Translations under genes and position numbers: made by a program
IMG/VR virus record: IMGVR_UViG_3300031088_000821
DNA: 64,000 nucleotides
Reading direction: 5' to 3' (one strand)
Source of the DNA: an uncultured virus (IMG/VR IMGVR_UViG_3300031088_000821)
Taxonomy: Duplodnaviria > Heunggongvirae > Uroviricota > Caudoviricetes
Shown here: positions 26,861 to 36,723 of the stretch, one piece after another
How the letters are laid out: each line of letters starts with the position of its first letter
Position numbering within the stretch: position 1 is the first letter of the stretch
The notes under the pieces: model-generated
What the model saw: the letters and a program-made list of their open reading frames with translations, nothing else
Database searches by the model: none
What the model was told of the DNA's origin: nothing

Positions 26861-28990
26861 ATGGCAAAAGATAAAGAAGTGGCCTACAGTGCCAACGACA
26901 TGCACGAGGTGGATGACAAAGCCCACTACCTCATGCGGCCAAACTTGGTGTGGGATGGCGAGCTCGGAGGTCCCGATAATCCCTATTCTACCATGCAAAG
27001 AGTCTCGTTCAGAGAGGTTTACGAAAACTCGGTGGATGAGGCTCTCCAAGGCTTTGCAGACAAGCTTTCTGTCAAGATTTTCAAAGATCACTCCTTTGAG
27101 GTCTTTGACAATGGTCGGGGCATTCCCACCGACATCAACAAGACCACAGGTAAGTCTGGAATCTACCAGGCCCTTGGAACGCTCCGCTCGGGAAGGAACT
27201 TCGACTCCGCCGACGGAAAGAAGTCCACAGGCACCAACGGCCTTGGAGCCTCCGCTGTGGCCCTCTTCTCCAAGCGCTTCGACGTGACCGTTTACAGAAA
27301 CGGCAAGCAGCACGAGCTCTCCTTCAAGGCTGGAGTTGCGGGCTTCTTTGACGGCGAAGGTCCCGACGCCAACTTCGAGCCCATCGAAGATGTCTCCTAC
27401 ATGAAGATCTCCAAGGATTCGAGAACGGCTGCCGAGCAAAAGGGCTGGAAGACCGGCACAAAGATCCGCGTGTGGCTCGATGAGAACTCCTATCCCACGA
27501 AGTACCACTACAATGACAGGGAGATCGTAGACAGGCTTCGAGCAACTGCCTTCATGGTGCCGGGGCTCAAGATCCATGTGGTCAACGAGCTGGATGTCAC
27601 CAAGGATCCCACCACTGGCGAGGAGTCCATCTTCGATCAGGTTTTCGACTTCGAGGACGGCTTCTCGGACATGGTTCGCTACTTCCAGCCCGACCAGCCC
27701 ATCATCGAAAAGCCCCTGATCTTTAGCGGCACTGCAAAGGTAGTCACAAAGACCCCCGTTAGACAGACGGATGGCACCTTCAAGAACGAAGATGTGGAAA
27801 AGGAGCTCAACTACACCGTGGCCTTCTCCTACGGCTCGGGCTACGACGACTCTCTCCACAGCTATGTGAACACTGTCAACACGGTTTCCCACGGCTCCCA
27901 TCTCCTCGCCACGCAGAACGCGATGGTGACTGCTTTCAACGAGCGCTTTAGCTCCATGCGCGGTCTTCTCACCAAGGGGGACACTCTCCCTCGGGTGGAC
28001 GACTACATGGAGGGCCTCACCATGGTGGTTGCCATTTACCTGCCATCGGCCCCCTTCAACTCCCAGTCGAAGAGCGCCATCAGAAGCCGCATTGTCCAGA
28101 ATGCCCTCCAGGAGGCAGTAGCCGAGGACATTCGGGCCTGGATCAAAACGGCCTCCAGCCAGGAGGACCTCAAGAAGATCGCCGAGAAGGTGGTTACGGC
28201 CGCCAAGAACCGCCAGCAGGCCCAGAAGCAGAGAGATATCCAGCGGCAGAAAAACGAGCTCAAGCAGGCGACGCTCCCCGATTCTCTCCTGGACTGCGAG
28301 CTCTCGGGCACCGAGGCGGCTGAGCTCTACATATGTGAGGGAGACTCCGCTAAGACCTCCCTCAAGGCGGCCAGGGACAGCCGCATCAATGCCCTGCTAG
28401 GCATTAGAGGTAAGGTCATCAATGCCTACGGCTCAAAGAACAAGATGGCGGACGTGCTCAAATCCAAGCCCGTACAGGAGATCATCAAGGCTCTGGGTGC
28501 CGGCTCGGGTAGCGACTTCAACATCGAGCACATCCGCTACGGCAAGGTCTTCTTCGCGGTTGACGCCGACGTGGACGGTAATGCCATTGCCGTGGGGCTC
28601 TACGCCCTCTTCTGGGTGCTCTTCCGCCCCATGGTGGAGGAGGGAAGGCTCTACAAGATCGAAACCCCGCTCTTTGCTATCCTCACCTCCCAGGGGAAGA
28701 AGTCCAAGAAGCACTACGCCCGCGACGATGTGGAAATGCGTAAAATCTGCGAAAAGCTCGACAAGCAGAACATCAAGTACCGCGTTTCTCGACTCAAGGG
28801 TCTCGGTGAAATGGAGGCGGAGGATCTCGAAGAGACAGCCATTGACCCCCAGACGAGAATCGTCACTCAGATCACAACCAAGGACCTCGAGTCTGCAAGG
28901 CTTGCTCTGGACATCGCCATCGGCGATGATGTGAGCATCCGCAAGCAGTGGATCGAAAGCTCTGAGGTTGACGAAGAGGAGCTCATCTAA
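26861..28990 (+). CDS. Type IIA DNA topoisomerase subunit B (GyrB/ParE-like)
   Basis: EVYENSVDE, DNGRGIP, GTNGLGAS (GHKL); ICEGDSA, IRGK, DADVDG (Toprim); RLKGLGEM. Confidence 0.93.
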   Translation: MAKDKEVAYSANDMHEVDDKAHYLMRPNLVWDGELGGPDNPYSTMQRVSFREVYENSVDEALQGFADKLSVKIFKDHSFEVFDNGRGIPTDINKTTGKSGIYQALGTLRSGRNFDSADGKKSTGTNGLGASAVALFSKRFDVTVYRNGKQHELSFKAGVAGFFDGEGPDANFEPIEDVSYMKISKDSRTAAEQKGWKTGTKIRVWLDENSYPTKYHYNDREIVDRLRATAFMVPGLKIHVVNELDVTKDPTTGEESIFDQVFDFEDGFSDMVRYFQPDQPIIEKPLIFSGTAKVVTKTPVRQTDGTFKNEDVEKELNYTVAFSYGSGYDDSLHSYVNTVNTVSHGSHLLATQNAMVTAFNERFSSMRGLLTKGDTLPRVDDYMEGLTMVVAIYLPSAPFNSQSKSAIRSRIVQNALQEAVAEDIRAWIKTASSQEDLKKIAEKVVTAAKNRQQAQKQRDIQRQKNELKQATLPDSLLDCELSGTEAAELYICEGDSAKTSLKAARDSRINALLGIRGKVINAYGSKNKMADVLKSKPVQEIIKALGAGSGSDFNIEHIRYGKVFFAVDADVDGNAIAVGLYALFWVLFRPMVEEGRLYKIETPLFAILTSQGKKSKKHYARDDVEMRKICEKLDKQNIKYRVSRLKGLGEMEAEDLEETAIDPQTRIVTQITTKDLESARLALDIAIGDDVSIRKQWIESSEVDEEELI

Positions 28991-29022
28991 GGATAGCTTC
29001 TAGCTCTCGAAGGACAGCTAAG

Positions 29023-29050
29023 AAAGGGCCGGAATATTCCGGCCCTTTTT
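29023..29050. terminator. Bidirectional terminator between convergent genes
   Basis: 26-bp perfect palindrome AAAGGGCCGGAATATTCCGGCCCTTT followed by Ts. Confidence 0.8.
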
Positions 29051-29210
29051 GCTGTATCAATCTCGGCTTGGGTGGAGCAGCTCCATCCCGCTGGAATCGC
29101 TTTAGATGCGATCTGGGGAGCCAAAACAGCGGAGACGTGTCATTTGTTGCACCCCGTCGATTTTGGCGCTCAGATCGCAACCCACGAACGCTGGGTGGTG
29201 ACCTGTCGGC

Positions 29211-30014
29211 CTAGCTAGTCTCTTCCTCAAAGTAGAGAGAGTACTTTTCGGGCAGCTTCTTGGTTGTGATGGGAGGAAGACCCAAAGTGAGTCCAATGAA
29301 CTGGCTTCCGCCGATTCGAAGAATGGACCCATAGCTCTTTTGCCGCACCTCTTCGAGCCAGCGGAGATAGCCATTGGGCTCATCTCTGAGCTCAAGCCCC
29401 ACTCCACTGTTGAGGTTGGAGGCACCATGGATTTGGCCAAAAGGACAGGATTCTTCCGCAGTGATCCAAGAAGGATAGGTTTCCCGGAGGGGATCTGCCC
29501 AGATGGGGTTTGCGGCGAAGTTGGGCCGATGGCCCAGTTTCCACGCGGTTCCCTGGAAGTTGCTGTTAGCATAGCGCTCATTGATCGCAGCTGCCGCCTC
29601 CGCTGCGCTGGTTGGCTTCCCCAGCTGGAGCCAGAGCCCATGGGTGAGTCCACCATGGCTTACGAGCCTACCCTTATCCACGCCAGCTGTGAGCATGCTT
29701 GGCTCATTGGTTTCCGTAGCGAACCAGAGCCGCCGGAGAATAGCATCCCCCTCGGCATCTGTGATCTTTTCTGGGTAGTTGAGGGCTACGAGCTCGTTGG
29801 GTCCGGCTATCTGAAGCCAGTCCTCCTGGGTGTAGCGGTAGGCATTGACGAGCTTGAGCAGGGTCTTGTTTCGAGCTGCCATTGACTGGCCCATGCCCAG
29901 AAAATTCCCCAGCTGAACAACCCGATCTGCCTTTTGAGCCTCCTGGGAAACGAGCTCTCGCCAGAGGCCCGAGTTGCCCTGGAGCTCAGCAACGTAGAGA
30001 GTTCGCATCTGCAC
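29211..30014 (-). CDS. Degenerate calcineurin-like metallophosphoesterase
   Basis: Fold motifs in order (YVAELQGN, VVQLGNFL, IAGPNE, VSHGG, QIHG) but most metal ligands substituted. Confidence 0.6.
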   Translation of the reverse strand: MQMRTLYVAELQGNSGLWRELVSQEAQKADRVVQLGNFLGMGQSMAARNKTLLKLVNAYRYTQEDWLQIAGPNELVALNYPEKITDAEGDAILRRLWFATETNEPSMLTAGVDKGRLVSHGGLTHGLWLQLGKPTSAAEAAAAINERYANSNFQGTAWKLGHRPNFAANPIWADPLRETYPSWITAEESCPFGQIHGASNLNSGVGLELRDEPNGYLRWLEEVRQKSYGSILRIGGSQFIGLTLGLPPITTKKLPEKYSLYFEEETS

Positions 30015-30447
30015 CTTCCTCTGGCGCTAGCGGAAGCGCCTTGATCTCATAGCTCTAGCCATTATTACAAAACGGCGCCAAAAATCCTGGGTAGAGGGGC
30101 TATTCCCCTGCCCCGAAGACTCAAAGGCAAGTGAGATCTTTTCGACTTCAGAGCTGGCGATTTTTTGCTATAGCGGACAAATTTGCCTAGATTGCGCGCT
30201 AGAAAGCGCTTTTAGATCTCTTCTATAGGGCGAGCGAGAAACGTGGTTAGCATAGATCAGATAGCTTGTCGGTTTGGTGTGTGCGGAAGACAAGATCTTT
30301 AGATACAAGATGCTAACAGATACCATAAGCTAGCTACAGGGACGGTGATATGGAGCTCCAACCCTAGCCCTTCCGGAGCTTCGGAAACCTAAGGGAAGTT
30401 CAGACAATGGGGAGAACTTTCGTTAGATTAGATTCTAAGCCATTTCG

Positions 30448-32661
30448 ATGCCCGAAGAGCATCTGATCTGTAATCCAATGAGAGCCGAAAGGGAGATGCC
30501 AGTGGCCAAGGATATTCAAGCTACTGTGCTTCCAGACCCCCTTCCTTCTTTTGGCTCCAAGCCGAGTCCAAAGCAGCGCAAGAGCGCAGAGTTCCTAAAG
30601 CTCCAGGAGCTTACCTCCAGGAAGCTCACCATGGATAAGTGGGATCACATGGATGCGGACCACGAGCTGCTCTTGAGGGCAACTCTGGGCAAGACCCTCG
30701 AGGAACATTTCCATTTCTGCTATTTGGGCTCTGGAAAGATCCCCCTCTCCATGAAGCTCTCCAAGCAAATGAGAACAGTTTCGGGTAATGGCGCATTCTA
30801 CGGAGCCAATGGCACCTCATGGCTTTCTGTGGCCACTCCCCCCTCCCAGGGTCCGTGGGGTGCTATCCCTAAGCTGGGGGGTCGAGGCTTTGTTCTCGAC
30901 TTTGACATCACTAAGGACTACATCTCCACCGCTGGTGATCCAATCCGAGAAACAACTATGGCCGAGCGCCGCGCTGAAGCGCTTCGCAATGTGGCCACCA
31001 TGGGTGAACTCCTGGGGGTGGATCTTCGCAAGAGCTATTGGCAGGCGTCCCCCTCGGGAGGCATCCACGTTTTTCTACTCCTGCCTGCTGGCGTGGATCC
31101 ACGAGAGCTACCCCGGGGCAAGTTTCCACGGAGCATAAGCGAGTTAGCTGGCAGACGGATCCCCGGAGATATTCGCTCGGGTGGTAGCAATGGCATGATC
31201 GTGATGGCGGGTTCCAACTTCGGTGAAGAAGATGGCCAGAATCTTGTCTATAGCCCCGCTGCAGTGTTCAACATGGGCTCCCGAAACTACAGCTTCGGCA
31301 GAAAGATCCAGCTACTGGAGCTACCCGAATCTTCTGTGGATATTTTGAGGGAATGGCGGGGGAGATCGGGGCCCACCAAGGAACGCCTTGATGGTGACCC
31401 AGCTAAAGAGCTCGACTTCTTGGAGCGCTCTGCATCGGTGGGAAGCTATCGCGGTAGCATAGCCAATCAGAGGGTAGCTGCAGCGCTAGATGAGCTCACG
31501 GGCCCCTACCACCAGAAACGGGCTTTTCTTCAGGCTGCAGTTGGCTGCTGCGCCACTACAGATGAGCTCATGGATCTTTCCCGCCAGTTGGATATAGATC
31601 GGGATAGCTACAGGGGAGTGGAGCTTTCGGATAGTGATCTCCGCCGCGATTTCGAAAGGCTTCAAGAGCTAGTAGTCCACAGCCGCCACGGTGCCCACTG
31701 CTCGGCGAGCATTTCAGCTCTTCATGTCCGAACCAGCTCTAGCTCCGAGGGGGGTCGCCCTTCGGCGGAACAGCAACTTAACCGGCTGCGCAGCCGACAG
31801 GCTAATGGCAACTTCAGAAAAAGAAAGCCCGTTGGCTTTGACCTTCCCCGCTCTGTCCTTGAGCTAATAGGCAACCAACGCTATGAGGCTATGCTTAAAG
31901 GCGAACGTAAGCTCATTCCCGCCGTTCGCCGCCACGCTGTGGCTTTACTCGTGGGCTATTTTAGTCCCCTCGCCAATGCTGGCTCATCCTCGATGGTGGC
32001 TTCCCGGGAAAGATTGGGTCAGCTCTTTGATCTATCCCCACGGCAGGTGGGTAGTGCCCTTGCGCTGCTGAGATCATCTGGTATTCTTGAGTTGGTTTCG
32101 CGGCAGAAGCCAGGTCTAGCCGCCACCTATGGCGCTGGTAAAGCCAAGTTCCAAGATCGCAGACTCACCGCTAATCTTAGAACAGCTTGGGGATCTTCCG
32201 CTCGAGGCGAGACCACGGGCATGATGGGCTCTGCCTTCGACTACAGGCGGGGTGCCCTCATTCGTCCCGATGGCAGCCATTTCTCCAATGAGTATCTCAT
32301 GGATCGCGGTGAAGCGCTCAGAAGGATTCTGGAAGTTTCCTCCATTGATTTGCCCCGCTTTGGGGTGGTCTCCATGCCTTTGCTGAAGCGCTATCTCCAC
32401 CGTCAGATCGAGGAACCTAGAGCTATTGCTGACCTTACTGTGGATGGTACGCTTCGACCTTCTATGGATCAGAAGATCTATCTCGAGGATAGCTTCTTGG
32501 CTAGCCCTTCGGTACCCTCGGCTAGAAGACCGCTGGAGCCAATGAGCCACAAGCGCTCGCCAGCCTCCGTTCGCCGCTTTCCCAGGTTGAATCAGCAACA
32601 GACGGATAGCGTTGCTAGGATGGAACCTAAGCTCACAGTGGCGCCTCGACCTCCGCCGTGA
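30448..32661 (+). CDS. Prim-Pol (bifunctional primase/polymerase) domain protein with C-terminal wHTH, putative replication initiator
   Basis: FVLDFD, SPSGGIHVF, DIRSG..GMIVMAGS; SRERLGQLFDLSPRQVGSALALLRSSGIL HTH; start uncertain. Confidence 0.6.
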   Translation: MPEEHLICNPMRAEREMPVAKDIQATVLPDPLPSFGSKPSPKQRKSAEFLKLQELTSRKLTMDKWDHMDADHELLLRATLGKTLEEHFHFCYLGSGKIPLSMKLSKQMRTVSGNGAFYGANGTSWLSVATPPSQGPWGAIPKLGGRGFVLDFDITKDYISTAGDPIRETTMAERRAEALRNVATMGELLGVDLRKSYWQASPSGGIHVFLLLPAGVDPRELPRGKFPRSISELAGRRIPGDIRSGGSNGMIVMAGSNFGEEDGQNLVYSPAAVFNMGSRNYSFGRKIQLLELPESSVDILREWRGRSGPTKERLDGDPAKELDFLERSASVGSYRGSIANQRVAAALDELTGPYHQKRAFLQAAVGCCATTDELMDLSRQLDIDRDSYRGVELSDSDLRRDFERLQELVVHSRHGAHCSASISALHVRTSSSSEGGRPSAEQQLNRLRSRQANGNFRKRKPVGFDLPRSVLELIGNQRYEAMLKGERKLIPAVRRHAVALLVGYFSPLANAGSSSMVASRERLGQLFDLSPRQVGSALALLRSSGILELVSRQKPGLAATYGAGKAKFQDRRLTANLRTAWGSSARGETTGMMGSAFDYRRGALIRPDGSHFSNEYLMDRGEALRRILEVSSIDLPRFGVVSMPLLKRYLHRQIEEPRAIADLTVDGTLRPSMDQKIYLEDSFLASPSVPSARRPLEPMSHKRSPASVRRFPRLNQQQTDSVARMEPKLTVAPRPPP

Positions 32662-32780
32662 GCCTAGGAATGCCGCTGCTCTCTGGGTAAAGCCAAAGCT
32701 CTACGATGGCTGTAACCCGCCAACAGCTCTATCCACGAATATCTCAAAATACCCCATATGGACTCTAGAAAGGGCATCTC

Positions 32781-33866
32781 TTGCTCCCCGAAAATCTATC
32801 CACTAAGCTCGAAATAGTTACCCTGCCCGACGGAGCGGAGGGGGTTAGAGCTAGCTTTGATTCCCCCGAATATCCCGAACTAGCGGGCTACTCTGTGGAG
32901 CTCATGGCGGACTCCTTGGCCCCGGGAGCTAGCTACAGGGGTCTGGAAGACACTACGAGAATCACAACAATGGTGGCTAAGTTCTACCGTGGCGTGCTCG
33001 CAGAGGTCAACACTCACAGGCTCTTTTCTCGGAATTCCGCTTCTTCGCGAGCCAAGTCCATCAAGGTGGTTATCTCCGAGGTCATGGAAAACCCCTACAT
33101 TCCTCTCTTCACAGAGAACCGCAAGGGCATGAGCGGAGACCTTCTCGACCTAGACCAGCAGCGCATCGCCGCCGAGGGACAGCTGCTCATGAGGGACGCA
33201 GCCGTGGCTCAGGCGCTGGGTCTGCTCCTCAATGAGGCTGTAGATCCCCGCACCATTCGGGACACCTGGCGGGAGCTCGTGGATCGCTACTACCAGCAGG
33301 TCTACCTGGGCAAGGGGGAGCCCATCCCGGGCGCCCTGAACATCCACAAGCAGAATGTGAACAGATGGCTGGAGCCCTTCATGTGGCATGAGGCTGTCAT
33401 CACCTCCACCCATTGGAAGAACTTCGTGGAGCTCCGGGATCACGATGAGGCAGATCCAGCTATCCACGCTTTAGGCCGTCTCGTAGCGGATGCCCTCGAG
33501 TTCTCTACTCCAGTGGAGAGGATCGTCCATGCTCCCTTTGGCCAGCGGGCGGCGGACGCCATCAATCCTCTGAGCACCGATGCCTTCGATGCCGCAGTTC
33601 AAGCTGCGGAAATCACTTCTGGTTCTGCCGCCCAGGTTTCCTACAGGCCTGTGAACAGCGATTCGGCAACTGACGCTGGAAAGCTCGCCAAGAGGCTACT
33701 AGCCATGAATCACATGTCTCCCTTTGAGCACGCCGCCTTCGATGCTGGCTGGCTAGAGGCCATTGGATTCCCCTTGGAAGCTGGCGACTCTCGCAACTTC
33801 TCGGATTCGTGGATCCAGTTCCGGGCTCTCGCTGAGAACCCTCGAGAGCTGATTTTGGAGCCCTGA
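32781..33866 (+). CDS. thyX: FAD-dependent thymidylate synthase-like protein (ThyX/Thy1, permuted phage-type)
   Basis: AEVNTHRLFSRNSASSRA motif; HKQNVNR; NFVELR; HMSPFEH near the C-terminus. Confidence 0.75.
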   Translation: MLPENLSTKLEIVTLPDGAEGVRASFDSPEYPELAGYSVELMADSLAPGASYRGLEDTTRITTMVAKFYRGVLAEVNTHRLFSRNSASSRAKSIKVVISEVMENPYIPLFTENRKGMSGDLLDLDQQRIAAEGQLLMRDAAVAQALGLLLNEAVDPRTIRDTWRELVDRYYQQVYLGKGEPIPGALNIHKQNVNRWLEPFMWHEAVITSTHWKNFVELRDHDEADPAIHALGRLVADALEFSTPVERIVHAPFGQRAADAINPLSTDAFDAAVQAAEITSGSAAQVSYRPVNSDSATDAGKLAKRLLAMNHMSPFEHAAFDAGWLEAIGFPLEAGDSRNFSDSWIQFRALAENPRELILEP

Positions 33867-33914
33867 AAATCAGAGCAGCTCAATGGCCCTTGAGCTGCTC
33901 ATGGATTGATATGT

Positions 33915-34064
33915 GATCTCAGAATGCTAAACCATTCTACATGATCCACCGGGAGCCAGGAAGACGCACAGGCAGCTTTGGCAATAGTAGTAGTAGTTGG
34001 ACTGCAACTGATGCTCAGTCCTGGCTCTCCGGTTGATCTCTACGGGCTCTAAGGGCCCCTTTTC
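33915..34064 (+). ncRNA. Candidate structured small RNA
   Basis: GATATG upstream; long stem 33943-33961/34019-34038; hairpins 33921-33938 and 33995-34009; terminal hairpin plus U-tract; boundaries approximate. Confidence 0.35.
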
Positions 34065-34097
34065 TATCTAGGACCAGGTTTCACGGGAAGGCATCTC

Positions 34098-34355
34098 TTG
34101 GCTAATCTCAATGATCTCGCCGAAGCCTTTAAGGCGGCAGCCCGAGCATCCCAAGCCAAATCCGATGCGGACAAGAAGAGCTTCGAGGAGATCCTCTCTA
34201 AGAGCATCGCTGACGCTATGAGCCGAATCAATGGCGGCATGGTGGACTCCTACGAGCTCTATCCTTGGGTTGTCTCCAATGTGATTCTTCTGGCCGATCT
34301 CGAGGGCTACGAGCTCACTGAAACTATGGCATTTCTCCGGGAAATTTTAGAGTAG
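34098..34355 (+). CDS. Hypothetical protein
   Basis: TTG start with GGAAGG SD. Confidence 0.55.
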   Translation: MANLNDLAEAFKAAARASQAKSDADKKSFEEILSKSIADAMSRINGGMVDSYELYPWVVSNVILLADLEGYELTETMAFLREILE

Positions 34356-34494
34356 CTTTGCCCGGCTTGCGGTGGATGGATTTTAGATAGACCCAATACC
34401 TGCGAAGGCCCGCTATCACCATTAAGCGACCTTCGATCTATGATGAATAAACAAGGAAGCAGGGGAATGGATTTCCCCAAGAGAAAGGTGAACG

Positions 34495-34782
34495 ATGGAC
34501 AACCTCATCACAGCTACAGACGCCGAAGCTGTTATCTACACGAAAAATAACTGCTCGAAGTGCGATGACACAAAGAGCCTCATGGATTCCCTGGAGGTGA
34601 GCTACACGCTCATCAACATGGATGACAACCCCGACGCAAAGGTCGCCATCAAGAAGGCGGGATTCCGCCAGGCTCCCGTGGTTTTCACCAAGAGCTCCAA
34701 GTGGTCGGGTTACGACGAAGGTAAAATCCGATCCATCAAGGGAACTGCAGCTTTCCTGGATGACGATTCGATCTGGGACTAA
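34495..34782 (+). CDS. nrdH: Glutaredoxin-like NrdH-redoxin
   Basis: YTKNNCSKC, GFRQAPVV, WSGY. Confidence 0.85.
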   Translation: MDNLITATDAEAVIYTKNNCSKCDDTKSLMDSLEVSYTLINMDDNPDAKVAIKKAGFRQAPVVFTKSSKWSGYDEGKIRSIKGTAAFLDDDSIWD

Positions 34783-34800
34783 TCCTTCGAAATCACCTAG

Positions 34801-34837
34801 AGAGCCGGGATGCCACTGTGGCATCCCGGCTCTTTTC
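34801..34837 (+). terminator. Intrinsic terminator
   Basis: AGAGCCGGGATGCCAC-T-GTGGCATCCCGGCTCT followed by TTT. Confidence 0.8.
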
Positions 34838-35031
34838 AGTTTAGCTGGCCCCTGGATGGCAACAAAAGTTGATTCTGAGCGCCGGGGCTACAATGGCCCT
34901 ATCTGCGCCGCTGTAGCTCGACTTTCCCCCGTTGGAACCAACCTTTCGGCGATAGAGGTTCGCCACGATGCGTTATTGTGAAGACACAAGATTTTGCCCA
35001 AAGGTGGCATTTTCTGGAAGGTTTAGAGACT

Positions 35032-36384
35032 ATGGCTAAGACACTTGTTCTCGTGGAGGCACCGAGCAAGGCTGTCCACATTCAGAAGTTCCTGGGGAAA
35101 GACTACGTGGTGAAGCCCACCGTGGGCCACTTCCGGGACATGCCCATGCCCAAGAGAATGACCAAGGAGGAAAAGGCTCGCTACGGCGACGTGGCTCAGG
35201 ACCTCTCGGGCAACTTCGAGCCCCTCTACAAGATCTCAGAGGGCAAGTCGAAGCTCATAGCGGATCTCAAGAAGGACCTCAAGAGCGCTGACGAGCTCGT
35301 CATCGCTACGGACGGCGACGCCGAGGGGGCGGCCATTGGACTCCATCTCCTAGAGGTGCTCAAGCCAAAGATTCCCACCTACAGGGGAACATGGAATGAG
35401 ATCACCGAAAAGGCGGTCAGGGCGGGGCTTGCGGCGAAGAAGAGGATCGACGTGGCCAAGCGGCAGCCATCCGATTTCTTCGGCCAGGCCGAGGCGGCCA
35501 TGACCCGCGGCCAGTGGGATAGGCTCTTTGGCTTTAGGGCTTCTCAGCTCATGTGGAAAATGGTGGCTCCGGGCACATCGGGCGGTCGAGTTCAGACCCC
35601 AGGACTCCGGCTCGTGGTGGAGCGGGAAGAAAAGCGCCTCGCCTTCAAAAGTGTGGCCTTCTACACCATCAAGGGCAACTTCCAGGGCATCGAAGCAACC
35701 CTCAAAGAGTTCAACGGCAAAAAGATCGCGGATGGCTCAAAGATCGACAATGACGGAAACCTAGCCAAGGGCTATGTGCTCATCACGGATGAGCTCATCG
35801 ACAGGGTGCTGGCAGCTCTGAAGGCAAAGGACTACGTAGTGGGTGAAGTTTCGTCAAAGCCCTACCGCAGGACCCCGCCACCGCCTTTCACCACATCCAG
35901 CGCACTCCAGTCCATCGGTGGTAAAACCCGCATGAGCACGAAGCAGCTCACAGCAATATTCCAAAAGCTCTATCAGAATGGCCACTGCACCTACATCAGA
36001 ACGGTGTCTGTGGAAGCTGCTCCCGAAGCCATCGAGGAGGCCCGCAAGGACCTAGCGAAGCTCTTTGGTAAGCACTTCGTTCCGGCAGCTGCGAGAATCC
36101 ACAAGGACAAGAAGCAGGGCAACAGTGGCCACGAGTGCATCCGCAACGTTCTGGATGACAGCACCGGCAAGCTGGTAAATCCCAAGCTCTCCGATGCCAA
36201 GGAACAGAAGGTCTTCGAGCTCATCAGGTTGAGGTTCCTAGCTTCCCAGTCCATCGACTGCGAAGGCACCACCTGGTCCACGAGCTTCGACAGCACCGAT
36301 GGCAAGGCTGTTTTCACGGCTTCCGAAACGGAGATCCACGAACCCGGCTGGACAAAGGTCTACGAAGAGAATGAGGAAAGCTGA
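35032..36384 (+). CDS. topA: DNA topoisomerase IA, N-terminal part (Toprim and catalytic Tyr)
   Basis: LVLVEAPSK, ATDGDAEG, SGGRVQT, PPPPFTTS, GHCTYIRT, HECIR; ends GWTKVYEENEES. Confidence 0.88.
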   Translation: MAKTLVLVEAPSKAVHIQKFLGKDYVVKPTVGHFRDMPMPKRMTKEEKARYGDVAQDLSGNFEPLYKISEGKSKLIADLKKDLKSADELVIATDGDAEGAAIGLHLLEVLKPKIPTYRGTWNEITEKAVRAGLAAKKRIDVAKRQPSDFFGQAEAAMTRGQWDRLFGFRASQLMWKMVAPGTSGGRVQTPGLRLVVEREEKRLAFKSVAFYTIKGNFQGIEATLKEFNGKKIADGSKIDNDGNLAKGYVLITDELIDRVLAALKAKDYVVGEVSSKPYRRTPPPPFTTSSALQSIGGKTRMSTKQLTAIFQKLYQNGHCTYIRTVSVEAAPEAIEEARKDLAKLFGKHFVPAAARIHKDKKQGNSGHECIRNVLDDSTGKLVNPKLSDAKEQKVFELIRLRFLASQSIDCEGTTWSTSFDSTDGKAVFTASETEIHEPGWTKVYEENEES

Positions 36385-36722
36385 TGGCGGCTAAAGCGAA
36401 GAGCGGGACTCTGAGTTTCACTCCAACGGAAGAGCTGATCCTGGAGGTGCTACAAGCTAGAATCAGATTGGGAGAGGACATTTGGACCTTCGATTCTAGG
36501 CTTGGACCATCTGTAGCCAAGCTCGAAGCCAAAGGACTTGTGGGCTCTAAAGCCGGCATAGTTGAGCACACAGTTCTTGTATGGCCAACTAGCGATGGAA
36601 AGATCCTGCTTTTCAGTGGCAAGTTCCACGAGCGGCTAGGCTCTAAGAAATTGGCTAATCGCCAAAAGGAACTCCGAAGAGAGGCAAAGATTCTAGCCAA
36701 GAGAAAGGCCAAGAAGGCATAG
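36384..36722 (+). CDS. Small basic hypothetical protein between the topA halves
   Basis: TGATG overlap with the topA-N stop; its stop is 1 nt before the topA-C ATG. Confidence 0.6.
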   Translation: MAAKAKSGTLSFTPTEELILEVLQARIRLGEDIWTFDSRLGPSVAKLEAKGLVGSKAGIVEHTVLVWPTSDGKILLFSGKFHERLGSKKLANRQKELRREAKILAKRKAKKA

Positions 36723-36723
36723 C

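Noticed and set aside
33945..34052. Hydrophobic small peptide frame (AALAIVVVVGLQLML), type I toxin-like
   Set aside because: In-frame stop at 33942 and no convincing start/RBS before the hydrophobic stretch.
32772..34100. Identical GGCATCTCTTG start context at thyX and ORF 34098
   Set aside because: Only two copies of 11 nt that include the RBS spacer and start codon; could be chance.
36384..36722. Intron, intein or homing endonuclease in topA
   Set aside because: No LAGLIDADG, HNH or GIY-YIG motif, no intein termini (an in-frame stop is present) and no recognisable group I/II structure.
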